DNA of 64,000 bases from Setoptus koraiensis (taxonomy: Eukaryota; Animalia; Arthropoda), in the NCBI GenBank assembly GCA_048013815.1, contig CM106585.1, forward strand, positions 13,640,001 to 13,704,000, given 5' to 3'. Below the pieces are notes generated by a model. The model worked only from the letters and a program-made list of their open reading frames with translations, did no database searches and had not been told where the DNA came from. The translations under genes were made by a program, and so were the position numbers. This document shows positions 34,360 through 44,653 of this stretch, piece by piece. Each line of letters opens with the position of its first letter. Position 1 is the first letter of the stretch.

Positions 34360-35817
34360 ATGGGAAATATTTCCAAAGCTCATAAAGCCATACCGTTGGT
34401 TGTTGTCCTGGGGCCAACTAATTGTGGGAAATCGCGACTTGCCATTGAGTTGGCCCAAAGATTTAGTGGCGAAATTATAAGCGCGGACTCCATGCAAATA
34501 TACAAAGGTTTGGATATTGTGACTAACAAAGTCAACAAGCAGGAACAAAAGCTAGCCAAGCATCATATGATTGACGTCGCAGATCCTTTGAAGAATTACA
34601 GTGTTGTCGACTTTCGGAATAAATCACTTAAGTTAATTGACACTTTGGTAGCTGAGAAAAAAATACCAATTATTGTCGGAGGGACACACTACTACATAGA
34701 ATCACTATTATGGAAGGAATTTCTCATACAAAGTGGAAACTCTCATGGAAATTCTAATATGATAGATAATGAATTGAAAGTTTTCAGTGATACAAGAAAC
34801 GAGCTCATTCACACAGAGGATGATATATGCCCAGAGAAAATTCTAAGCAAAACCATCTACCTGGATAGCTTCAAAGGTATTTCGTCTGACAAACTATGGA
34901 ATGTATTGGAGCAACTAGACCCGAAAAGCGCGTACAGCTACCATCCAAATGATAGGCGACGGGTACAGAGGGCCCTGCAAATCTTACAAACAGAGAAGAG
35001 GGGCATGTGTGAGGTGCTCGATGAGAAGAATATCATTGGAGAGCACTATAGTCGTGGCGGTCTCCTTAGATATGAAAATACGTGTGTATTTTGGTTGGAC
35101 TGTGATAAACAGATACTCGATAAACGCCTCGATGAAAGAGTTGACAAAATGCTCGAAAATGGACTTTTAAAGGAGTTGGAAGATTTTCATAAAGAGTATA
35201 ATTTGAATAGGACAAAAAATTCTTTACCTCATGACTACACACGTGGTGTATTTCAAACAATTGGATTCAAAGAATTCCATGACTACTTGATGTTGCAGGG
35301 CGAAGAAGAGAAGGTGTCGGAAAGAGGTCAGAATCTACTAAAAGTTTCTATAGAAAACATGAAAATGGCCACGAGAAGATATGCCAAAAAACAAAACAGG
35401 TGGATTGCGCGTAGAATGTTAGATCAAAGCACAAGAGATTTGCCTCCCATATTCAGATTAGATGTAACCAAAGTGCTGAAAGAAGAGGAAAGCTGGGATG
35501 AAGTTATAAGACCGTTGGCTTATACGGTATTAGAAAGTTTCTTGAATGAGACTAGACTACCCCATCACATACTACCATACATCGCAGAGCCTGAAAGAAA
35601 GTGGGACACTCAGAACTCGCCGGGTAAATTCTATTGCGAATCTTGTGAGAAAACTGTATTGGGAACTTACTTATGGAATATACACATTACTAGCGGTAAA
35701 CACAAAAAACGCCTAGCATCCATTCGAAAGAAATCCTTTGCGTCGCAAGAGTCGTCTCGGCAGAAAAGTCGGCAAGATGAAGCTGCCACTGATGACGCCC
35801 GAGAATGTCAATGTTGA
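34360..35817 (+). CDS. TRIT1: tRNA dimethylallyltransferase (MOD5/TRIT1), intronless
   Basis: VVVLGPTNCGKS, GEIISADSMQIYKGLDIVTNK, PIIVGGTHYY, HPNDRRRV.RAL, FQTIGFKEF, TRRYAKKQ, C-terminal matrin-type Zn finger CESC...HITSGKH. Confidence 0.95.
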   Translation: MGNISKAHKAIPLVVVLGPTNCGKSRLAIELAQRFSGEIISADSMQIYKGLDIVTNKVNKQEQKLAKHHMIDVADPLKNYSVVDFRNKSLKLIDTLVAEKKIPIIVGGTHYYIESLLWKEFLIQSGNSHGNSNMIDNELKVFSDTRNELIHTEDDICPEKILSKTIYLDSFKGISSDKLWNVLEQLDPKSAYSYHPNDRRRVQRALQILQTEKRGMCEVLDEKNIIGEHYSRGGLLRYENTCVFWLDCDKQILDKRLDERVDKMLENGLLKELEDFHKEYNLNRTKNSLPHDYTRGVFQTIGFKEFHDYLMLQGEEEKVSERGQNLLKVSIENMKMATRRYAKKQNRWIARRMLDQSTRDLPPIFRLDVTKVLKEEESWDEVIRPLAYTVLESFLNETRLPHHILPYIAEPERKWDTQNSPGKFYCESCEKTVLGTYLWNIHITSGKHKKRLASIRKKSFASQESSRQKSRQDEAATDDARECQC

Positions 35818-36369
35818 TATGTTATTAGATATGATAGTCTATTTAATAAAGAAAATAAATGTTTAAATTAAATTGCGTTTAGAGAGTTATCCTCAATTTA
35901 ATGCTCCAGTTCATGATTTATCATTCTGGATCGACTGACTCCCTTATCGTCAAGTTCTTTTCATCAAATCAGATTGACGTTAACTCGAATAGACAATCAT
36001 AGGTGATTACATCCTTGTTTCGGCCTCTCTAGTACTCCAAGTAGGAGTTCCTAGTTGGGACAGGAGATGTTCTCTCCCGTTCAAGGAAAACTGCGTTAGG
36101 TATACGGGCCGAATCGCTACGCTCATTATAGGTCGAATGCATTTTGAAAATTGCGCTACAGATGCGTGCGCACAATTGCAGACTGTAATGTTTTAGAAGC
36201 GCATGGTGCATCCGGCTTTCAACTAAAGCATCGCCGAGCCGTTCTTTCGCATGCGGTGCCATTCGGTTGTGCTTGCAGACATGAATTGTAATTTTACAGC
36301 ATTATTGAATCAGGTCTATGTCGCTGGAAACACCTAAATATTCGCTAATTTAAGGATATAAATACTACT
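35812..36369 (+). repeat. Left arm of a ~550-bp inverted duplication (TRIT1 3'UTR plus RpS11 upstream region)
   Basis: Reverse complement of 38111..38640. The core 35872..36180 differs by about 6 substitutions and one ~12-nt indel. Confidence 0.97.
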
Positions 36370-36407
36370 CAACTGCTGGTATCAATTATTAATTAGATTC
36401 CCTCAAG

Positions 36408-37334
36408 ATGTCTGAGCAGGTAAGTGGGAGCCTTTTGCCGGAGCTGGATACATATTTTAATTATCCATCTCGGTGTTGAAAATGTCGTGAAAGTTCAACC
36501 ATTCCCCTAATGTACCCCCACGTTAACAAGTAGTATCTGTATAATTGCTGAGACTAATCCTTATTATATTCTTATCTTCCACTTACAAATCCCACCTATA
36601 AATCTACGAATCACCCCACGATGGCATCTTTAGACGGAAAAGGCTTTTCAAAGACAACCAACAATCTTCATCAGTAACAAACCCTCAGATCTGAAGAAGA
36701 AGATACCCAAAAAGAAATTGAGGTACACTAGAAATGTTGGTTTAGGATTCAAAACACCACGTGACGCCATTGAAGGCAAATATGTCGACAAGAAATGTCC
36801 TTTTACTGGTAACGTCTCCATACGAGGTCGCATATTAAGAGGTATCGTGGTAAAAATGAAGATGCAGCGGACAATAGTTATCAGAAGAGACTACCTCCAT
36901 TACGTGCGCAAATACAACAGGTTTGAGAAACGCCATCGTAATATGTCCGTGCATTGCTCTCCATGCTTCAGGTAATTATTAATCATCCACCCAGTTATGT
37001 TGTTAGACCCTCAGCTTGTTTGGCTTGACATGATGAAAACACACGACGGTCTTCTGAAAGTGTATATGAGGATAAACAGTATTTTTCAGTTATCCCTGTC
37101 TGAATCAAGCCAAACATAAGTTCCTGTCTAACTTGCTTCCTAGTTGCAGTCTCTACAACAATTATCTAACTAACCCCATTCATTTCGGTCCATTCTCTCT
37201 CTATCAACAGAGACATTGCACCCGGAGACGTTGTCACTGTAGGAGAGTGCCGACCACTCAGTAAGACCGTCAGATTTAATGTTCTAAAGGTTACAAAAGC
37301 CTCTGGCGCAAAGAAACAATTTAAAAAATTCTAA
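36408..37334 (+). CDS. RpS11: 40S ribosomal protein S11 (uS17), 3 exons
   Basis: Exons 36408..36419, 36634..36971, 37211..37334. [16 protein letters not shown]...[34 protein letters not shown]...[15 protein letters not shown]. Confidence 0.98.
37017..37116 (+). ncRNA. Intronic box C/D snoRNA with two 28S rRNA guides (U35/snR73-like at D', snR38/SNORD1-like at D)
   Basis: Perfect 12-bp terminal stem (37017..37028 / 37105..37116), box C ATGATGA 37030, D' CTGA 37054, C' ATGAGGA 37066, D CTGA 37100. Guides CACGACGGTCT (37042..37052) and CAGTTATCCCTGT (37087..37099) complement the conserved LSU sequences AGACCGUCGUG and ACAGGGAUAACUG. Confidence 0.92.
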
Positions 37335-37548
37335 ATAAACATGGTCCTTGATTAAAAAAAAAACATTTCTCTCACCTTATGCATTCTCTTCCTAATTTTC
37401 ACTCATTTACGCGCTTTGAGTTTCTGGTGTGACATTCATGAGAATAATGACCAGCATTGTTTATTTTGTAGATTTCGGAATTTACAGTGGAAATTTAAGT
37501 ATACTAGATCGGTAATGTTGAGAAGTATAACGGAATAACTAAGCAGCA

Positions 37549-38076
37549 TTAATCATCCTTATCTTTGGCTCCATGTTTGAGAATTCTTGTGAACTCTAGA
37601 TAATCAAATTGACCGTTCTTATTGATCGGTGCCTCACGGTACATTTCTTCGACATCTTCGTCACTGAAACGATCGCCCATGGTTGTGAGTAACTCTCGGA
37701 GGCGTTCCTCATGAATGAAACCCCCATTATCTTCATCGAAGCATGCAAATGCGTTCTTTATTACGTCTTCGGGATCTGTCCCTTGTAATCTCTCCCCAAA
37801 TAGAGTGAGGAACATGGTGAAATTGATTGGACCAGGGGCCTCATTCATCATGGACTCTAGAAACTGGTCGTCCGGGTTCTTACCCAAAGATGCCAACATA
37901 TCATGAAGATCCTCCTTGTCGATGAATCCATCTCTGTTTTGATCTATCATATTGAAGGCCTCTTTGAATTCCTGTATTTGTGCTTGGTCGAACATGGCAA
38001 ATACATTGGATGTTGCCCTTTGGGCTCTTTGCTTGTGTCGGGTGACACCACGACCCTTGGCTTTACGGCTGGCCAT
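37549..38076 (-). CDS. sqh: Non-muscle myosin regulatory light chain, intronless CDS
   Basis: [41 protein letters not shown]...[14 protein letters not shown]...[11 protein letters not shown]. Confidence 0.98.
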   Translation of the reverse strand: MASRKAKGRGVTRHKQRAQRATSNVFAMFDQAQIQEFKEAFNMIDQNRDGFIDKEDLHDMLASLGKNPDDQFLESMMNEAPGPINFTMFLTLFGERLQGTDPEDVIKNAFACFDEDNGGFIHEERLRELLTTMGDRFSDEDVEEMYREAPINKNGQFDYLEFTRILKHGAKDKDD

Positions 38077-38110
38077 TGATCCTGTTAATAGCGGAATCTT
38101 ATAGCGGAAT

Positions 38111-38640
38111 AGTAGTATTTATATCTTTAAATAAGCAAATATGTAGGTGTTTCCAGCAAAATAGACCTGATTTAATGATGCAAACACTATCGAATGACGC
38201 TGCATTCGAAAGGACGGCTCAGCGATGCTTTAGTTGAAAGCCAGATGCACCATATACGCCTTTAAAAAAAAAACAATACAGCTTGCAATTGTGCGCACGC
38301 ACCTGTAGCGCAATTTTCAAAATGCATTTGACCTATAATGAGCGTAGCGATTCGGCCCGTATACCTAACGCAGTTTTCCATGAACGGGAGAGAACATCTC
38401 CTGTCCCAACTCTGGAGTACTAGAGAGGCCGAAACAAGGATGCAATCACCTATGATTGTCTATTCGAGTTAACGTCAATCTGATTTGATGAAAAGAACTT
38501 GACGATAAGGGAGTCGGTCGCTCCAGAATGATAAATCATGAACTGGAGCATTAAATTGAGGATAACTCTCTAAACGCAATTTAATTTGAACATTTATTTT
38601 CTTTATTAAAGAGGCTATCTAATCCAATAACATATCACCA
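38111..38640 (-). repeat. Right arm of the inverted duplication, directly upstream of sqh
   Basis: Reverse complement matches 35812..36369, including the AATAAA of the TRIT1 3'UTR and gatataaatactact at the inner end. Confidence 0.97.
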
Positions 38641-40899
38641 CAGACTTAAAATTTGTCAGTGGACATAAGCCAGTATATGTATTATTATTCATTGTTTGCC
38701 TGGCTCATCGGGCAATCGGATAATGATCCGTCGGGAAGTCGAAAGAAAGTCGACAGAACTCTCACTGAGAGCTCACCTTGTGATTGGCGAAAGATGACCC
38801 ACTCACCTTTCGAATCGACCATTATTATGATTGACCATCGAGGTTTCGAAGCGTCAGAGCATATATCGGAGCAGGCATCGCATAGTATATGCTTCCAACA
38901 CTGTTACGCAAAGCGCTTTTTGGGCGGGGGAGACTATTGATTCGGTGGTGCCGAGTGTGACATTGAGAGGGTCGAAGGCGCGAGATTAGGTACTGCAAGC
39001 GACGATCTGGTAAGTTAGGCATTTGAAGAGCGACCCGTTAGCAATCAATTGTGCTACATTTAGCTCAATATGTTGGTTAATAGATCAATAAAGTTTACTG
39101 CAAGTCTAGACAATGTTAATATGTTCTCATGTTTGTATTCAAGAATACAAACATGAAAACAAGCCGCAACTGCTCGGAAAAACTCGCCTCATTCTGTTAG
39201 GAGGATTCGGAGTGGCCGAAGCCACAACACATAACGAAACATATGAAACATGGAACATAACGAAAAGAAAGAGACAACAACACATTGAATTAAGAAGGTT
39301 AATTTCTATGACGAAACAGTATGGCTGAATAAATTAACTGCCGCGATTTCAGCGAACGAAATATATATAACAAAATTTATATTTGTGTGTGACGGTGTTG
39401 TGCCAGCAGCATCTTGTGTCCGGATCAACCTAATTTCAAGCAACAAAAACAACAGCAGCAGCAACAACATTTGCAGTATAGTGGTGTTCCACATTCTTGC
39501 CTAACAGTGCAACACATTAGTCATTGGTTGCGGTTGTGGTCGTAGTTTGCTCAAGATGTGTATCGTCTGACATTGGTTCCTAGAAACTTGATTAGTTTGT
39601 GATGCCATGCAGCAGTGACTGACACCGACACATTTGTACACTATCATGTTTGTACTAACTGGTTATGTCAATCCTATGTGTCAGAGATGGAGGATAGCAT
39701 CAACATAACTAGTCTGGCCAGTCGAGTCTGTACCCGCTGCATTCCGACATGAGACGTTGCTGGCAAGCCTTTGACAAAATAGAAATCAAGTTCAACGGTT
39801 CCAATGTGTGAGCCTAATAAGGAAAATACGGTTTTTCATATGACCTGCTGGCGAGCATGTTGATTAACTGCAAATAGATGAACTTTTCCAATGGACAGTT
39901 GACCAATACACACACACGGTTGTTATCTGTGTCAACTCGGCACACAGTTTGAGGTGCAAATGTAGATAAATAAATAACAGAGAATATAGATATCGAAATA
40001 GACCTTGAATAATGATGGAATTTCGACCACATTCAGATCAATTAGTAGCGACTGAATCCACACAGATGCGACAAAAGAGACATTAGTCGTAACGACGCTT
40101 GCTGGTCAGTAAACAGATTGTGATCTCGAATTGGTTCCCGTGTTTGCGATAACTTTGCAGCGATGTGGCCAACTAGTTTGAACATGCCTGACATATAGTG
40201 CTCGCCTCGAGTTGGTTGCAACTCCACAATCACTGCCACATATTTTGGAGGTTTCAGGCAATGGGACCAATCGCAATAGAATCTGCAGAAAGTTGCGCCT
40301 CAAACACTTTCTCTACAGCTCCCTTGGCATTGATTGAAAATCCCCAAGGTTATCACGTAGCAACACAAGACGGCCTTCTCATCGTGTCAGTCACATGTAC
40401 ATTGTTTTGTTTCCACACAACATTCCACTTGTCAGTGTAGGGACTGGCCTGAAAAAATAAACAGCGCATAGGTGCGTTTTGCCTGAAAGATGTTGGCAAG
40501 AAGTAACAATGAACGCCAGCGAACGCATTCATCTCCGATGTTCTTGGAATTACATTGTATTGAACACTGGACCGGCACTAAAAAACCCATTTTATCGGCA
40601 GTGTCCGCATGCCAATACCGGAATGTATCACTACTCTATGGCAGTGTGCAGTTGATGAACTGAACAAGGAACGATGGCCGGTTTTGATCATGTTTTGCTT
40701 GTCACAATTATACAACCAACAGCACTCACAGGTTACATTTGGCCGACTGATTAGCTGCGCCAATCATCATTTGGTCTAAATGGCCGAAGGCTATCACACT
40801 TTTACGATTTTGTGTGTGTTTATAATACTCGTGCCTCATTCCAGCGACTCATCTCACAATGAAATCTTCTTACAAGAAAAAAAAAACAGAACATTATTG

Positions 40900-43800
40900 C
40901 ATAAGTGTGTGTGTGTGTGTCTCTCAAGTCAATACACAGCTAGAAATGGAAATTGAAATGGAATGAAATAGGATAAAACTAATTTGAATGTTGCAGAGCC
41001 TTTAGTCTTTATTGCCTTCACTCTAGCTGTCTAATATCCAGTTCTTACAACTGCGCCGTGATTAGGCACCATGATTGACGCGCATTCAATGGAGAGTAGT
41101 CTCGGCAATAACGGGACTCAAAAAGGTGAAAGGGGTACACCTCCTGTGTGGTGCGGACTTACCATTGGACGACGAACTAGTTTAAGTAATGGAGCGGACA
41201 ACTGGTGTTGTTGTTGAAGTAAAGAAACAGAATGGACACAGTCAGACATGGGCTGTCCATGTGAGCACTTGTTGAGCAAACATAGCTGATTATAGCTGTT
41301 GAAGTTGAGAGCATTGTATGTATAAATATATATTTATTTATCTAAATATATAAATATATATTTGTATACTATACATATATGTAAACTAAGATTGTTTAAG
41401 GATCCTGATTAATTATAATACTAATACTGCTGCTAAGATCATTCTAGACCGTGGTAATACCGTGCCGCAACAGGTGGTGCATGGAGCAGCCTGGAAAAGT
41501 TGATTAGGAGGGATGTGAGGAGATGTGAAGAGTAGCACAGGTAGAAAGCGAACAGATAATGCAGCATAATACAGTGGAGCAGGCCAATACTCAAATAGCC
41601 TCTCTCTCTCACCACTGATCTTTTGCATCGACGCTGTTGTTGCTGTTGTTTAATGATTGGCTTTTGTGGAAATAAATTCAAGAGAGATACTGAAAGTTTA
41701 CACCAATCGCACATTGCCAATACTGACCACAGCCAGACTGCGACTATTTAATGTTGCTGTTGTTGAATATCGAAAGATGTGCCATTGGATGCTTGAGGCA
41801 AATGTAAACATGGCAACAACTCAGAACCAATTGATCGATTGTTGCCCGGCCGCTTGTTTGCTCATGTTGCTGTTGTTGTGTGTTATTTATTCATTTATTT
41901 ATTTATCTATCAAGCTAGAGCACACATACACACGCTCGTTCGTTAGCGTTATTCTTTGTCTGACGACGACGAGCAACGAGCGAGCTGCGAAACGCAAAGG
42001 ATTCCATGAAGTAGTTTCAGGAGGCGCTGGCTACAGCAACTAATGGCTTTCAAAATCCTTATAATCACTTATTAACTTTGCGTAGCCTCTATCACCAACT
42101 TGTATGTGTGTGTGAGTGAGTCGTCTCACCTCTCATTGGGCCAGCAACAACAGCAACAGCAACAACAACAGCAACAACAACAACGGCTCGAAGTTTAGCT
42201 AGCCGGCTAGTTAGCGCTCGGCGAGCTGGCTCGGTTGGCGCCGTTGCTATTGATTGCGCCGTTAGCTGATGATGAGTTATTTATTCCTCTATTATCATTG
42301 CTGCCACTATCATCACTGAACACATTGCTACAACTCCTCAGTCGATAGCTGACCAGTCGGCTACCCGGCACCGTTATTAGTACCGTTGCCACCGTTGCAA
42401 GCTCAACGAGCTAACGGCTCGCCAGGTATGACGCCAACGCCGCCAGAACAAGTCGCATGCTGCTGGCTCAGTGGTGGTGGTGGTGGTGGTGGTGGTACTG
42501 CTGCTGCTGGTGATGATGATACCAGTGGAGGCTGTGTTGATTGTGTGAGCATGGTCAGTTTGATTATCGCGCACGGTACATATTAGCTGGACATCATAGT
42601 GTAACGGATAATGATAACCGGCGCCACTTGAGAGCATCATTAAAACTAAGCCTTATATTCTTTTAAGCGAAGGAATATTTCCCTGATGCCACATCGACAA
42701 TTGCTGCGTCCAGCAACTGGCGAGCTCAGTAAGCGCCGCCGCTGTGGTTGTTGCTGCTGCTGCTGTTGCTTCGCATGCCATCAGATTAATGCCGGCCGGC
42801 CGGCCTGTTGCTCTGCTGGTTGGAGGGACGGAGAGGGAATAAAGGAGAAAGAAAAAAGTTTAGAGCGAGCAAGGGTGATGCTGACCTCATATCTAATCAT
42901 AATCGTGTTGCGTTTCTCCATCCTGAACTGGCCGGCCAGCTACCAGTTGTTGTGTATCATGCAACAAGCTGATTTGCGCAAGCTATTCATAATGGGGCTC
43001 AAAGTGAATTTGAGCAAAGAGTATAGAGTGTGGCTGCTGCTGTTGCCACTAATGGTGGCGCTCAAAAGTGGCCGAGCGAGACAGAGACACAGGGAGAGAG
43101 AGAGAGAGGGATAGGGACAGTGAGAGAAACCTATCGGCTAATTTCTACTTTCAGCATGGCATATGGTCGCGCAACTAGCCGATGGTGCGCTCGCCAAATC
43201 AAAACCAACAACCGACGACCAGCGACCAGAGTGACCAGCAACAACCGGCAACGGTACGACCAACAAACAACAACGTTCCACAGAAGCAACGGTTGATGGT
43301 CAATAATGTATCGAATATGATTGGCGATGATGAGGGGCAAAGAAGAAGGACAAAAATGAAAATAATCGCCTATGACCATCAGTCATCTAATAGTCTCAAT
43401 GGTCAACCCGGTGGACTTAGGTCTCAGCGACTAAACTACCACTAATAGGCGCTCGGCTGGCGAGCTGGCAAGCTAGCCGGCAACACTCTGTGAGCTAGCT
43501 TCTCTCTGCGTCTCATCGCCAGCCTCGTTGATTATTTAACAGCACTCCACTCCCTTTTGATTGGAACTCATCTGATTCAATGATGCTGCCGCTGCTGCTA
43601 CACTCACACTAGAAAACTACTTCTTCATCTAATTGGGCTCTCTCTCTCTCGCTCGCTCGCTCATTTCTCCTTCTCTCTCTCTCACTCGCTCTCGAAGCGG
43701 GGCTTTATCCTGTGATATCGTTCGCAATCAAACAGTGTTGTGTCAATGTTGTGTGAACAGTGAATGAATCCACAAACATTCACTTGTTGTATATTTACAT

Positions 43801-44400
43801 ATCAATAATCTGTTTATTTATTACTACCGCTTTGAATAGGCAACTTTGAATCACAGGCACATACACAAGAGACAGTGAATGAACGAGTGAGCAAAAGTAA
43901 GTTTAGCTAAGCAAAGAAACAAAACAGGAACCGTACAGCAAACAAACGGTGCAACAGCAACTTGCATAAGCACATAAATCGATTAAAGGGCTGCAAGAAA
44001 TTAATGCCAACTAGTTAACCAACGAACGCACAGCATTATAAGTTTAAATTTTATTAGTTACTACGGTTTGCTCACTCTCAATCTCATCATCATTTCAAGT
44101 CTCTCATAGTTGTAGTGCAACTGATTTATATCCACCACATGGTCATCGATAGTAGATCGCCAAAAAGTAGTTGATAGATCAGTGCAAATAAATCAGCAAT
44201 CGACGCACACAGTTTGCATCAGATTGCGACAATTAAGGTCATCCACCACACTCACTGAACTGTCCTCTGCCTGCAGACATCAGCCGAACCATTACATCGA
44301 CCGAGCGAGCCTACAATGAATCAAGCCATCCGTAATTAGCTAATTAGATAGCTAATAAACACACACACACACACAAGTTTGCCAACAGCAACAACAAGAA
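40900..44400. repeat. Microsatellite-rich non-coding region upstream of ABCA
   Basis: (TG)n near 40905, AT-rich run 41325..41385, (CAA/CAG)n 42142..42184, (TGG)n 42471..42496, (GA)n near 43095, (CT/CTCG)n near 43640, (CA)n near 44360. Confidence 0.85.
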
Positions 44401-44653
44401 TTGTTTGTTAAACACACTAAATAATATCACACCAGAGTATAAGAATTGAACAGACTCGTGCAACTAGCTTGCTGCAATGAAATGTCTCCACAAGACGCAC
44501 CATGTCAACTTCTAAATCAATCCGCTACATGACTGACAGCTGCCTCCAATTTACAACCGCTCACAAACATAGCAGTGTTTAATATAAATAAACACTAATC
44601 AATCAACACATTGACATCGAGCAACAAATCCAACACACACATCAAGCCAAAAG

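Noticed and set aside
36080-36180. U12 snRNA, SRP RNA or SL RNA resemblance in the inverted arm (aaggaaaa...ccgaatc; Sm-like attttga plus hairpin; gcacctgtag)
   Set aside because: The U12 5' end and GUAAGGA branch-pairing motif are missing and differ between arms; there is no SRP helix 5/8 consensus.
36470-36556. Second C/D snoRNA in RpS11 intron 1 (GTGTTGA ... CTGA)
   Set aside because: Imperfect box C, only a 4-bp stem, and no rRNA complement I could recognise.
38363-38370. ACCTAAC as a TTAGG telomerase template
   Set aside because: A 7-nt match is expected by chance in a few hundred bp, and no other telomerase RNA features are visible.
39300-43450. Many 60-140 aa ORFs, including the Leu-rich 39306..39494
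   Set aside because: Mostly translated CAA/CTG/TGG microsatellites, with no coherent exon chain or homology.
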